Source: Epiperipatus broadwayi
Lineage: Eukaryota > Animalia > Onychophora
Assembly (NCBI GenBank): GCA_028023455.1
Contig: JAQFVV010000006.1
Location: forward strand, 372,001-436,000
Length of the DNA: 64,000 nt
Reading direction: 5' to 3'
The notes beneath the pieces are model-generated. The model was not told where the DNA came from. It saw nothing but the letters and a program-made list of their open reading frames with translations, and did not search any database. Positions 1 through 13,739 of the stretch are shown here, one piece after another. The stretch's first letter is position 1. Every line of letters starts with the position of its first letter. The translations under genes and the position numbers were made by a program.

Positions 1-870
1 ACATATACATATTATTATAGAATTAACATTAAAATATCACTCTCACAAAAAAATAACAATTTTCTAGCCTTTTTTAAAATTCTTTTTGTGATGAAAATTA
101 TTGATGAAATTGAAAAGATAAGTTGTACTTAATTCAAAAGTTCAAGTTACTTTTCTTGCCTGAAAACAATTACATCAGACATTTTCTTGTGACATTTTGT
201 AATTACAACTCCTAGCGATTATTTTTTAAACTAAAAATTAAAATTTGGAAAATTAAAATTCTAACTTTTTTTTCTTTAATCATTTCCATCTTATTTTTTA
301 ATTAATATTTTTTTTGTAATAATATCTGTTCTATCACAACTTACCTTTTATATTCTGTAAATATTAATTTAATACTGTAATAACAACAAAAAAAATATCT
401 TATATGTCTAGTTTTCTTTTTTTTATGATGGCCCAGAGCTTTTATTTTTAAAAATAATTAAGGAGTTATATCCCATATCATTTCCAGACATATAAGATAT
501 TTTTTGTTGTTATTGGTTTTTCTTACTGTCTTTACTATTAAATAATAATTCATTATAAAATAAATTATTGAATGATTGTTTCTCATGAATGCAGATTCAT
601 GGTTACTTAAAGGAGAACAACATAAAGATTGTCAACTACTCTCACTTTTTCATTCCTAATTCTTTACCTCTAAACTCAGATTTCACAACATGGCTTCATT
701 CATTTTCTTTATTTATCTATTTCATATTTATGCAGTTTACTTTATTTTTAGTTTTTTGCTTATGATGGTTGTTATTGTTGTTTTGTTTTTGTTTTTAGAT
801 TTTTAATTTATATTATTTTTAATTTTGTTTTTCAAATACATAAATAAGTTCATTATTTATTTTACTAAAG

Positions 871-1003
871 GCTACCAAACCTGTACAGGAATATTTGAGA
901 TTGCCATTTGATGAAAAGAGACAGCAACTCAAAATGGCCCAGTTTCTTCCTGGACCTTTATATGTTTTATTTGTTCAGGCTAATGCCTATCACGATGCTT
1001 GTG
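871..1003 (+). CDS. THOC5: THO complex subunit 5, first coding exon visible (gene begins upstream of window)
   Basis: AG|GCT...G|GTAAGT; translates ATKPVQEYLRLPFDEKRQQLKMAQFLPGPLYVLFVQANAYHDAC, matching THOC5 PVQEYL...LPPPLYVLFVQA; phase consistent with next exon. Confidence 0.95.
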
Positions 1004-1074
1004 GTAAGTAATTATATGGTACTTCTTCTTTTTTTTGATATGTAAAATTATTTAGCATGTATATATAGATAGGT

Positions 1075-1405
1075 AAGGGCCTCAAGAAGATATCGAAAAT
1101 GCAATATATGGGTAAGAGAACAAACAGATCTTACTGCATCGTTGTCAGAATTAAAAGACTGAAGTGGAGTTGGGATGGCCATATTGTTAGAAGAGATGAT
1201 AACAGATGGACAATTGAAATCTTAAACAGGATTCCAAGAGATTGTAAAAGACCCAGAAGAAGACCACATGTGAGATGGATGGATGAAATAAGAAAGTGTG
1301 CAGGAGTGATGTGGAGAAGAGAGGCTAGAGATCGGAGAAGAAGGGATTGAACTTGGAGAGATCTTTATCCTGCAGTGGATAATGGTTGACAATGATGATG
1401 ATGTT
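1075..1405 (+). mobile_element. RTE-clade LINE 3' fragment
   Basis: ORF 1099-1350 KWSWDGHIVRRDDNRWT...RPHVRWMDEI matches RTE ORF C-terminus; ends CCTGCAGTGGAT...GATGATGATG tail. Confidence 0.85.
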
Positions 1406-4400
1406 GAAGGGCCTCATGAAATAGGAATAAGCTATTGTTTATTATGGGTTTGAATCTAAGATTTCAATATTTTTCAGATTCCAATTAGATTTAAGATTTT
1501 TACTTCAGATAGTTGGTCCATAGTTGATCCAACTAACTATTTGTTAATTGCTCAAATTCTCAATATCTGGTAATTAATCATCATCTTTTTTGTTTTTGGT
1601 CTGTAAGAGACTGATAGGAATAGATAGATAGGAAAGAGGTATTACATGGATTCAGCAATCCTAAAACTAAATAACAGTTTCCTTACCAGTGGTAAAGATT
1701 GCAGTATATTAAAACCGTGTATTGTTTTTATTGTTTGTTCATCAGTATTAATCTGACGAATTCTGATTGGCCTGATCTTTTACATTGTAGATAAATATAA
1801 TTATATATCCTTTGGTTAACTGCAAGTTGCTTACGAACTGTTTATCTTAAAAAATTAAACCTTTTCTGAGAAAATTCTCAGCTCTAATCCAGGTATGAAC
1901 TGGATGTTAAACCAAACAGATTAATATACTACAATTACATCATGAAGTTATAGGTAGACTATTCATTTATTGATGTTTGAAATATGTATTTACTGAAGAA
2001 ACATAACTATATGCCATCCAAGGGATTTTGTTAATTTTATATATTTACCATCTTAATAAACAAAATCAACTCATCTCAGCATGACTTTACTTTCATCTGA
2101 TTCTCTCTCTCTATATATATATATATGGTTGTTTATGATTGTTTGATGGAGACCGTGTATATTTTAAAACTATCTTAATTAATTTTACTAAATGACCAAA
2201 AGAAATATCAGTTAGCTCTATTTCCTTATTGTTACCCATGGACCTGACCAAAACCGTTCTCTTTAAAGTATAATGTTGACAATCAAATAAAACAGTTTTT
2301 AGAAAAGAAATCAAATTGAAAATTAATTAATATTTCCATGCTAACAGAAATACGATTTGTTTAGACCTTTCTGAAATTAATATCAACAACATAACATACC
2401 TTATTATTATGCTTCCAGGAGCAGTTATTTCACCCTCCTCTAGAGCCATATATTGTAAGCCTGAGTAATCAACGGATACCAGCTCATACTTAAGCTTACA
2501 GTCGATGGTTGTTTAGTAAAGTAAAGATAACTTCTTTTTCTTAAATCATAACAATCTGTTCCTTTTTTAAATTTTTTCACAAATTCATATAATGTGAGAG
2601 TTATAATTTGAGAAAGATAAAGCTGTGAAGAAAGTGAATTTATGATCACCTAGAAATGTTAGCCGCTTTCTAAATTCAGTTTTTCTATGAAACAGTTTCA
2701 TTTGATTGCGGGCATGTACTTCATTGGAAAAGTTTTTTATCAGGCTCATGTAGTACAAGAGGAATTCAAAGTAGACTTGTATCTTGTTTAGAATTTGAAA
2801 TGTTTAATCAAAATAATTTAAATTTTATATCATGATGTTTCTCATCAAATAATCATCTTTGATTAACAAAAATATTTGAATTAATGCTTATTTATTGTTA
2901 AAAGGGGGTTGCCTTGACAGCAGTTTGAAATTGTTGATTGTTATTGATATTGGGATAGTCTAAATGTTGACTGGTTTTTAATGATATATACATACTATGT
3001 ATTAGCTTGCATTCAGAACAAGTTATACTTACTTGTTTAAGGAGGTTTATTTAAACTTTTTTGTATCAACAATTTGAATCCCTCAAGTATCTTTATAAAT
3101 ATATTGTACCATAAATAAAGATGAGATTCCACCTTTATTGTTAAAGGAGGTTGCCTTGACAACAGTATGAGATTGTTGATTGATATTGGGATTCTCTAAG
3201 TGTTGACTGGTTTTAATGATTACTTATTGTAATGGGCATACATGCAGTTACATTATTTTTAAAAAAGAAAATTAAAGTATAAATGTTCGCAAATTGAGTT
3301 ATTAAATAAAAGTCAGAATTAAAAATTGAAAACTAAAAGCTTGCAAAAACATATATATATAAATCACACAGATGGAAAATTATTAAAAGAAAACTTTATT
3401 TAAAAAAGAGTATTTTAAAACTAAATTTTAAGCAAAAACTTAAAGATTTGAAGATAAAAATATAACTTTAAGAATGTACAATAATTAAATTACTTTCAAT
3501 TGTGTTAAAACTGAAGATGGAAATGATTGTTGGTTTTAATTAATCTAAAGTAAACGAGCCCTTGGGGAAAATTTATAATTAAAGGTCAGATAAGAGATAT
3601 AAAAAAATTTAAAAAGATTGCATTACCCGCTTGTGGAAGGTCAACTAACACTCGGACACTAATGAAAACCACCGGAACAGGAAACCATGGTCAGTGAATC
3701 CGAAAGAGGAATATAAAAGGAGAAAATTCAAATTAAGAACAGTTCCAGCTTGACTTTTGAGGAGGAGGGGGAAAAGACGCACTTTTCATCCTCTTGCTGT
3801 TTTCAAATGAAGAGACTGTTGAAATATGAATGGCACTATTGTGGACCCCGAATCATATGAATACTGCAATAAACTAGTTCCAGGATCGAATCAGCTAAGA
3901 TTGCCTCCGGATTGATAACTACGGCATGAACAGACAGTATGAATAATAAAAGACTATGCGGGAATTGGCACAAGGAACCGGGAGCTCCTCTAATGTAAAG
4001 TATAAACTATATATTATGAACTCTAATTATAAACCTTTACTAAATGAACTTTGAACCATCTAATAATTAAGGCCTAACCAAATTTAAATCATAAACTCTT
4101 ATCTGACCAACATGGAAGGTTAAATCAGTTATTAATATTTATTTTTATATATGTCTGCCAATTCAATCATTTTTATTTTCTTTATTAATATATATTAACT
4201 AAATCATTAAAAGGTAGTAAATTTTAAGTTGGGTGTAGATAGCTGCATAGATTCATTATGTTGATTATTTCTTGAGATTTTTGTACATGAAATATATATA
4301 TTGGTAAATATGACACTTCACGCTGAGTGTCTAAACGTATTTACTGGTATATCTTTTAAGTTGTTGTTGTTAATGCAGCACCTTATGATGAGTGCCATTG

Positions 4401-6039
4401 GGTTTACTTTATTGTAAATTTCATTTAGCAATTTTCAATTAATAACTTTATATTTAAATTTGTTTGTTTATTTTAAAGGGGTTTGATTTCGGGCTATTTG
4501 TTTCATGGTTGGGTCGATGCTGGTGGAGAGATATATGGGTGTTTATATCAATGTAATGTGAAGTGTGTTTAGCATACAGGGCAAAGCCCATATGAACGCT
4601 TGACCCAAAGGCGTAGTCAATGCATTAGAATGGATATGGATATATTTCCCACACCATTGTTTTCTTTTTTACTCTGGGTGTTAATAGTAAGATGGCCAAG
4701 TCCGCAATTCACCATTACAGAAAATTTTTAATATATATTTTCCAAATGCTTTCCTTCGCCAGACAGACACTCATTCCTGTTCTGAGTGAGGATCATTTTT
4801 AAATAATACCACGCTGCAGACGCACATTCCTGTCAGCATGGTTTTATGCTAGCATCTTCATAGTGCATTGGTTGCATCCTTAGATCATGAAGCAAGCGCT
4901 GATTTGGCTACGAACTTTTAGCCTGAGGTTGAATGATTGTTTTTGAAAAGTTTTTTTTTTTACTGAGTAATCTATATAGCCTATCTATACTCAACATTAT
5001 AAAACAAACATCTATCAACTATCCATTTGTGTAGGCTTTTATCTAAAGCATTATTAATATTTTAACTAACCGTAAACCACTCATTTCTATTAAATTATTT
5101 CTTCTAATTAATAACTATAATTGTTAGTTAAATTAAATAATGTTATGTATTAAATATATATGTATGCGCACCTCTCCACACTTGGTGTCTACTGGTAAAT
5201 ATGACACTCACGTTGAGTGTCTTAACCTATTTGCCTAAGCCTCCCCTATAAGTTTATATTTGTGAATGTGACACCTCATGATAAGTGTCTTAAGGAACTC
5301 AATAAGAGTATAATCCTTTTATGCATTCAATTAATAATAATAGAATTAGAATAATTTGGAGTGGATGGTTGTGCTGCATATATGTATACATGTACGTGCT
5401 CATTTAGTTTAAAAAAATATTAAAGCTTAAAATTTAAACTTAGACGTAAATAGCTGCATGGATTCATAAGTTTTATGTGCGTAATCTATGTAGTGTATTT
5501 ACGTCTACTAAAAGATTAAAATGTATAAATAAGAATCTCCATCTGTGTGAACTAAACTTAAATTTAAATATGATAAATATACAAATTAAAGTAGTAATGT
5601 TTGTTCCTCCAATTCAATTTTATATATGTGTGATAATAAATATTTTTGCATAATATTACTGGCAGTAGTTTATTTATTTATTTTTTATCCTTTCATTCTT
5701 AAAAACATATCAAGAATTTAGATTATAAAGTTCAGCTATTCCACGAGCTAGCGCCTTGGGCTAACTGTCAATATGTAATTATAATAAAACAAAGTTTACT
5801 CCTTTAACTTACTGTTTTAATCCACAAAATATACACTTCTTGTAAAAATTGCCGTAAAACGTTTTGGAGATATTGAGTCACACTGTCCTATATCATTCTC
5901 ATTGTTAGTCTTCATAGTATCACTATGTAATCTAATTATTTGATGTTACATTTTGATAAATATTCTTCAGAATATGACAATATTGTGGGTCTATATCATT
6001 ATAGAAATTCTTAAAGAATCAAATGCCTTTTCATAATCT

Positions 6040-6600
6040 ACAAATCCAAAACATAATGGCATCTCATTCACTGGTCCTTTCTGTGACTTTTCTCAATATT
6101 CAGATATGGTCCTCTGTGTTAAAACCATTGTTTAAATCTGGCTTGTTCTTTCAGTTGACTAAAAATCCAAAATTTGCTGCGGATGAGTTGTAATTGTCTT
6201 GGTAAAAAATTTTGTTTAAACTGATGAGTGCGATAGGTCTGAAATTTCTAATATCTTTTTTATCACCTTTTTTAAATATCAAAATTACTGCTGCAGTCCC
6301 CCAATCTCCTGGCAAATCTTTATCATTTAGACATTTGATATATAACTTTGCCAACAAGTTTTTTTTTATTTGTTTATTTCTTTTAAGATATGTATTATAA
6401 TTCTATCCTTATCTGGAATCTTTTCCTTCTTCATAGATTTAATTGTATGTCTCACTTCTTTATTTACAAGGCTGAGCAATTCAGAAGATGTTCTAATTGT
6501 AGAGGATACTTTTTCATGGTTTTATTGCTACATAATTCTTTATAGAACTCTTTCACACATTTTGTAGATTGTGAAAGGAAGTTTTTCTTTCGCTGCCTGT
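6040..6600 (-). mobile_element. RTE-clade LINE reverse transcriptase fragment
   Basis: ORF 6151-6357 WGTAAVILIFKKGDKKDIRNFRPIALIS is the RT N-terminal motif; frameshifted and decayed. Confidence 0.85.
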
Positions 6601-6904
6601 GCCATTTACTGTAAATTATAATAACTGATAGATGTCATATGACCAGTGCTTAATAAATCCCTATACTAAGCTGCCTATCTAATATCTTTGTATTAGTTTC
6701 AAGTTTATGGGTTTCATTAGATTTTAGAACAGTATACCTAGAGCTTCAGGATCTAATGCACTTTTCTTCTGTCAGCCATCTCTTTATTTCTCCATTATAC
6801 TACCAAGCTGTCGGTCGAAACCAAAAAACATATAAATGTTTTTAAACTTACCCATCTTGCTTGTATAATCATAAAGATCAGCAATCATTTTAGTTTCTAT
6901 ATAT

Positions 6905-7490
6905 CAGGGATGACCAACCGTTTAGACATTGGGGCGATTTTTTTGGTGAAAGTATACCTGAGGGCGACTACGTTTTTTTCAGGGCTTCGAACCGGAAACC
7001 AGAAAAAAAAAATTATTTTTGCTGGAACAGAAAAAAATAAACATTCGAAGCGCTGGTTTTTGTAAAATGTACTTACAAATTGGTCTTTTTTTTTTAATAA
7101 GGTCTTTTTAAGTACTCAGTAATATTGGTGACATTTTTAAAAGATACAAACTGATGAATTTTTTTTCAATAAGATACAAACTGTTGAAGACATTTTATAT
7201 GACTACTAATAAATTACCTCAGCTCCTTCTAGTATTACAATTTGCCCATGTCTTTTTATAAAATATTTATTAAATTACTATACAAAGTGTTTTAAAAAGT
7301 TGACAACTTCTTTATTTTAAAATCATTTCATTAAAATCCTTGTTTCTCCAGGACAAGTTATTTTCATTTCTCTTTGGGGAACACATCAACTTGGGTTTAT
7401 TTTTGAGATTGACAATAACAACAGATGTTATTTTAAATTTAACTACTTTTAAAAGAGAATAATTTTGAATTTTTACTTTTTTAATTTTTT
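6905..7490. mobile_element. hAT-type terminal fragment
   Basis: starts CAGGGATGACCAAC (hAT-like TIR); homologous over ~500 nt to 42133-42590. Confidence 0.6.
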
Positions 7491-7965
7491 TAAATTTTTA
7501 TATAACTGTATATAAGATTTATAAATTAAAAGTTTTATTCTTAAAACTCTGGGAAACCATTCATGCGTGAAAAAAAAAGAGTTTCCATTTGTGAATAGTT
7601 CTTTGTAACAGAGAAGTTTCACAAATCCAAAAATGGAACCTTAATTTTTGTCAGAAAAAAAGGAAATCATTTAAACGAAAAGAAGTTATGGTGATCTTAA
7701 TATAAAAACATATTTTCATGAAAAATATTGAATATAAAAAAAGTATTTCACAATACAGCCTTTGTTTTATTTACATTTTTTTAGTAATCTGTTAATTATA
7801 TGAAGCTCTTTATAATTTAGTGCAGAGATAAAAGTTACAGTCTAGGAGTTTAAGATTCTTAGATCAGATTTTCAACAAAAAAAAATTAATTTTCTCCACT
7901 CAAAGAGAAGTATTGTTCACGGTAGTCATTTTGTGATTCAAGTGTCACTTAGTCTTTTGAGAAAC

Positions 7966-8595
7966 TGAATATATAATTATAAGAGTACCAAACTCTCCAA
8001 ACAGTAATGCCACCAAGTGCAAGCCTTCATAATCAATGAATGCAGGAAGGTTTGGGCATAAAATCCCTATCTAGTGACTACTCATCCAACACCCCAAACT
8101 AGTTTCTAGCTTGTGGCTTTCATCAGTGAGAAGCCTTGGATTTGAGAGCACTGCACCTGGATCTCAGGATCTGTTGCACCCCTCCAGCAGCCACCTTTTA
8201 CTTATTTGGTTAACTATAAAGCTAGGAGCCCAAGAGGAAAACACCATTATGTTTCCAACCTAAGCTTATTCACTTGTATAATCATATAATTTCTGAACTC
8301 AATTCAGCATCTATACATTTTGGTGTCAGGTAGCTGCTGGAGGGTTGCATTAGATCCCGAGATCTAGATGCAGGGCTTTCAAATCCAAAGCTCTTCACTG
8401 ATGAAAGCCACAAGCTAGAAACTAGTCTGGTGATGTTGGTTGAGTAGACACTAGATAGGGATTTTATGCACAAACCTCCCTGCATCCATTGATTATGAAG
8501 GCTTGCACTAGGCGGCACTACTGTATGGAGAGTTTGGTACTCTTATTAACAGCATGTCTAAGCATACGAAATGGTGATCATGTGAATATATAATT
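7966..8595. mobile_element. fold-back element with hammerhead motifs (Penelope-like, family 1)
   Basis: arms ~7979-8196 and ~8328-8546; direct repeat TGAATATATAATT at 7966-7978 and 8583-8595. Confidence 0.8.
8395..8430 (+). ncRNA. minimal hammerhead ribozyme motif (GUC site)
   Basis: tca CTGATGA a AGC cacaa GCT a GAAA c ta GTC tgg; palindromic ACTAGT at stem III; mirror copy on - strand at 8093-8129. Confidence 0.7.
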
Positions 8596-8816
8596 CTCTT
8601 AATGCCTTCAAACATTCATATTTAAAAGTTTCTAAAACTTTTCTATTTTTTTTCCCCATTGCAATTATATGCTACATAAATGATCATTTAGCTGTTATTG
8701 TTTCTGAGAATGGAAATTTCAACAATTATGTATAAATATATAAGATTAAATTTGCATATTTAATATGTGACTAAATTATTTTTAAAGATGAAAAATATAT
8801 ACTATTTTTTAATTTT

Positions 8817-8965
8817 TTACCATTCATCTAATGATAAATATGCGATTTTTTTGCATGCGTATATAGCCCGCTTAGTACAGTTTCACTAACGCATGCGAAA
8901 AAATCGCATATTTCTCATTACAATTTTTATTGAAGAGAAAAAACAATTTATTACCATTCATCTAA
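8817..8965. repeat. short fold-back insertion with 15-bp direct repeat
   Basis: arms 8829-8860/8889-8920; TTACCATTCATCTAA at 8817-8831 and 8951-8965. Confidence 0.75.
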
Positions 8966-9087
8966 ATATGTCATGAGAACAGTGTTATATCTTTCAAATG
9001 TCTTTATAAAAGCTTGCTCTTTAATAAAAGTAGTTGTAAATTTAATTTGACGATGTAATTTATTGTGATGGGTTTTTTTTTTTTTAG

Positions 9088-9162
9088 ATAAACATATTAG
9101 AGTAATTATTGAAGGAGATGTCGAAGATGCGCGATCGTTAAAAATAGTTTCAGCAGAATTTG
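9088..9162 (+). CDS. THOC5: THOC5 exon
   Basis: poly-T tract+AG, GTAAGT donor; (D)KHIRVIIEGDVEDARSLKIVSAEF, cf. DKTLSVAIEGSVDEAK; phase 1-1. Confidence 0.92.
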
Positions 9163-9499
9163 GTAAGTGCAAAACTTTTTTTTTTTAAAAGATAAATTCT
9201 TTAATATTTAGTTATAAAAAACAGTAAGTGTTGAAAATAATCTTTAAAGAATTTTGTGTATGTGTTTGTTTATTACGGTAAATATTATTTTAGGTCCATT
9301 TATTGGATTTTTTTTTTTTTTTAAGAAAAAAATATATATATAATTTAATCTTGCATTTCTAACTTTAAAATTATAATGATTTTTATTCTTTTTTATGTAG
9401 TCATTTTGTTTATTTTTTAAGATTTGAATTTATGATTATAGGTTTGCTTTATTAGTTTATGGTTAGATTTTTTTAACAAGTTATATTCGTGTATTGCAG

Positions 9500-9540
9500 A
9501 TGAAGATAGTGGAGATTCCGAACAAGAAGAATCAACCTCA
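9500..9540 (+). CDS. THOC5: THOC5 41-nt acidic exon
   Basis: TTGCAG acceptor, GTAATT donor; (D)EDSGDSEQEESTS, cf. DDESDSDAEEEQTT; phase 1-0. Confidence 0.88.
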
Positions 9541-11421
9541 GTAATTTTTTTATTATTATTGTCATTATTATTAGTAATTATAAATTTCTTATTATCATTT
9601 TTATTTTTTTTTAAAAAAAAACAAACATATACCTATTTTCAAGATATACTGCCATTTGCTTTGATTATTTTTTATTTTATGAGATTAGAGATTTTAAATA
9701 CACATAAAAACTTGGATTGTCGAACTGTTTGCAAATACAAGTGCCACCTACCCCCAATCCCTACCTCATATCTACTACATTTGTATCTAAACTTTCATAT
9801 TGATGTATGAAACCTTGAATAATTGTATTGTCTAAGTAATATACATTTTTAATACCCTTCTGATAAAATTTTATTTATCAATATATACATTAAGATATCA
9901 TTATTTATTTTTTATTGTATGGAATTTTTTGGTCAGCTTAATGTATTAACAAAATATCTTACAAGAACCTATAGCAATTCTAACCAGGAAATAAATTGAC
10001 CAGTGTCTTTATTAAGTCCTTCACTTCTACCAATGATTGTAGTCATTAACTATGTGGTTCATAGTTTGTATATGGCACATTTGCATACATTAGTGACTGG
10101 TAAATTTTTTTTATGAAGTGTTGTCCTGAATCTAATTATCAAATTCCAGATGTAGCAAGAGCAAAATGTATGAAAGTAAAACAAAAGATGTTAGGTATCC
10201 CCATGAGCACCAAATTATTGATGCTGGATTTGTAAATTAAAAATTTATTTTTAAAAAGTTGGAAAACCATTCGTAAAGTAAAAATATGTGGCTTTCCTCA
10301 TTTTTATACATTTTCACAGAAAATGAACAAAAAGTTATTATGCAGGTCAGGTTTGCCAATTACTCAAAGTACAGTTTAATAGCTTGAGACTCATCCCAAA
10401 TCAAGATTCTCTTTTCTGGATGTTCAACCCAGAATCTGTAATTAAAGACTTCATCAAAAATAATTAACAAAAAGTGACGTGCAATAAAAAAAAAGGCTGT
10501 ACCATAATAAATCAAGAGAGAGAAAAAATGTGCATAACTGATTGTAAATGTGAGATATGGAAAAAGCTCTTATTTTGTTAAATATTTCATTTTTATAAGC
10601 AAATGTTCTTCTTGAACCCAGTACCCTTAGCTAATAATAGCCCAACATCCATATTCTATCCTTTACTGAATAAGTGACTGCATTTGCTATTATCATTTGT
10701 TTAAAATTACTAAGTTTTTGCTTCAGAATTTTTTAACAACTATCCCTCCCCCCATACAAAAAAATGCTGAGATCTTCAGATTATTTTTAAAACTAATACA
10801 TTAAATTCCCCACTTTTAAGTCTCATAATTAGCCTCTATATGTCTGTATGCAATTGTTAATATGGGGTTTTTTTTAAATAAAACTTGATAATTTATAAGA
10901 AATTTAAAAATTATTAATTGCATTTGTGTATGCAAGAGATCAATGGTGCAACTGCAGCTTATCCACTGGTTCTACCCTAATGGTCTAGGTTTAAACCCAA
11001 AATTTTTTTTTTCATTTCTAATCAACTGTATATAGCACCATAAACTTTTGTTGCTAACTATTCAATATTCGTCAGTAAAAAAAGTAACTATTTTTAGGTA
11101 AGGTATAAAATGAGTCGAAAACAACTCATCCTTTCATTCCCTTGTGATTGACTAGCCCGATGAGAGGTGTCTTTTTCTTCATTGTTCTTTTATGAAGGTC
11201 TGTTGAAAAGATCTTTGCTGCCCATGTGGATTTATGTTGTTTTACCCATATTTAAATATGTGTATATTTTGAGTTTAAAAATGAATATTTTGGCAGATTT
11301 AAATATATATTTATAAAATAGTTATCACCTCTCAGCTGAAATATTATACTGTGCTATGTGACTTAAAATTGAATGTATGTTCAAAAGGGAACTCATATAT
11401 AATTCTTTATATTTTATTTAG

Positions 11422-11521
11422 AAAAGAAGACGCAAAACATTAACAAATCGTCTGACTGAAAAACGAAACCAAATTCTTAAAAAACATCCATTAAGTGTTG
11501 TTTTGAACATTAGTTGTAAAG
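11422..11521 (+). CDS. THOC5: THOC5 exon (basic NLS-like start)
   Basis: KRRRKTLTNRLTEKRNQILKKHPLSVVLNISCK, cf. KRRR...KRKEMLKRHPLSVMLDLKCK; canonical AG/GTAAG. Confidence 0.95.
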
Positions 11522-12460
11522 GTAAGATTTAAAAAAAAAACTCTTCAGAATATTATTAATGTCTAATATGTACAAAAATAAATAAATGTCCACCATGAGG
11601 ACTATATTCATAGGTAACTACATTGAATTATAATCATATTTTTATTTTATGGTCTCATCTGACCATCACGAGTTGATCTTGGACTCTTATCCTGCAGCAA
11701 ACAATAGTTATTTATTGTCCAACAATTGGCCAATCAGCTGGAAAATTTTTCAAGTTTTATTTAGATTCAAACTCATCTGATGGGTACAGCCAATAAAAAG
11801 ATAATGATGATCTTGTTACCCCATCCTATGGGTAGTGAAGATTTTATTATATTATAGTTATTGGGTTTTTTTTTATTCTTATAGTCATCATATTTGGCCA
11901 TTTTGGGTTAACATGTGATCTTTATCCGCTAATTGAAACCTGATAGCTACTGTTATTGATTATGGTTGAAATGGCTATCTGTGTTGATTATAAGCCTTTT
12001 ATTTGAAAGAAGAAAACTACACTTGCTTGTGACCTGAAAAAATTTCGCTCTGACTGGTTATTCGAGACAGTTAGTCACGGGCATAGAAAATGAGCGAATT
12101 AATTACTACATTGTGAGGGAAAACCATTGGTCGCTATCTTGTGAGCCTTTTTTTGTAAAAATGTCAAATGAACAAAAATTTATTCTTTTTTTAAAAAAGA
12201 AAAAAAATATAAATCAATATACATAAATAAATTAACTTACAGTAGTTCAATTTACATATGAAAGATAAGGATAATGGCCATAGGTATTTTTTTTTTTTTT
12301 TTTTGGAAAAAAAGGATTGTAGTGCTTATGTGATATTCATTTTTTTATTTTTTATGAAAAGAACTTATTTATATCAGACACATAGTTTGCAGATTGAGAT
12401 TTTTGAAATATTATTTTATTGAAAACTTGAGATGCAGCACTCCGTTCTCTTTGGTTCCAA

Positions 12461-13033
12461 GAGCAATTATCTTCACCCTGCTCTAGAGCCATCTAGTGTA
12501 CGCTTGAATGATTAATGGACACTATGTCGTATAGGTCTATGAAATCACTACATCCAGGTCAACCAGTTTCTAGCTTTTGGTTCATCAGTGAAGACCAGAA
12601 TCAAAACTAGAACTAATGCAGTTATTATAACATACTATTTATATTAATAATCTGAATTTAAATTTAAAAAACTAAGGATTCAAATGCAGACTAATTCACT
12701 TTTATAGCTAAATAAAACGAACACTAGGTCAATATCTTTATGAGATCTTAATTCTATAGTAATTGTACTCTATCCAGGTGAGTTAGTTGGGTGGAAATCT
12801 TAAAGGTTTTTTTAATTTCATGTTAGAAGCTCGAATAATATAAAAATGAAAGATGGCTGCTAAATGCTTAAAAACATTAATTCCATCTTTGAATCCTAGT
12901 CTGATTGAAAAAGACAAAAGATAGAAACCAGTCAATCTGGATGTAGGGATTTTATAGTACTATGCCATCTGATATCCATTGATTACTCAAATCGGCATCA
13001 TACAGCCTCAGAGTAGGGCGAAGATAACTGCTC
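12461..13033. mobile_element. degenerate fold-back element related to family 1
   Basis: inverted arms ~12461-12590/~12900-13033; - strand CTGATGA...GCTAGAAAC at 12563-12588; single-arm relative at ~2410-2490. Confidence 0.55.
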
Positions 13034-13739
13034 GTAGAAGGATATGTAAGGTCATGTGATATCATTGATGATATATTCTAATTGCTTGTTTTTATTCCCT
13101 TAGAATATTCCACAAATAGAATTTCGGAAATTCTTTGCTGATGTCATTACTTTGAATTCATAAAAGGGATTTTCCCACAATATAGAAAAGTCTCTTAGTG
13201 ATTATAATAATAGTTTGGATATTTTTTATCAAAGATTGGAATCTTATATCTAATCTCACAAATATAGTATGCTAAACTTTTCTTTTAAACAAAAGAGGTA
13301 CATTTTATAAACTAATAATACATTTTTGCATTAGAAGATTAAAGTTGAGCCTCCGAGCTATTTGGAAGTAATCTTTAACCTAATGTATTTTCCTCATTCA
13401 TTTAAAGTTAGATCTAAAACTAATTTTTTTAAGAACAGCTTTGGAACGTTTCCTGATTTTACTAATAATATAAGGATGACTGCTTTGGCACTAGAATGTT
13501 TTTTTATTATTATGGCATTACTATTTGGAGAAAACATTTTGGTCTTTCATCGTGATTTTCGAAATAGTGCTGTGCTGCACCCTAAAATCCAATTTGTGAC
13601 GCTAACACAGTCCTGATGGAACAGTGACGATACTGTTAAAAGTGTTAGAAGATACCAGTAGGTCAGTTCACATGAAACTAAAAAATGTGGATCTGAAAAG
13701 TTAAATTATTTAGACACGATGCAGTCAACACACTGTCAC

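Noticed and set aside
3470-4110. Possible solo LTR (TATAAAA, GC-richer block); similar blocks at ~14540-15085 and ~32620-33130
   Set aside because: No paired LTR, PBS/PPT or clear TG..CA plus TSD could be established
6221-6250. CTGATGAG...GAAAT hammerhead-like text
   Set aside because: Antisense of the RTE RT coding fragment; no stem II pairing
8951-9172. 73-aa minus-strand ORF
   Set aside because: Antisense shadow of THOC5 exon 9088-9162
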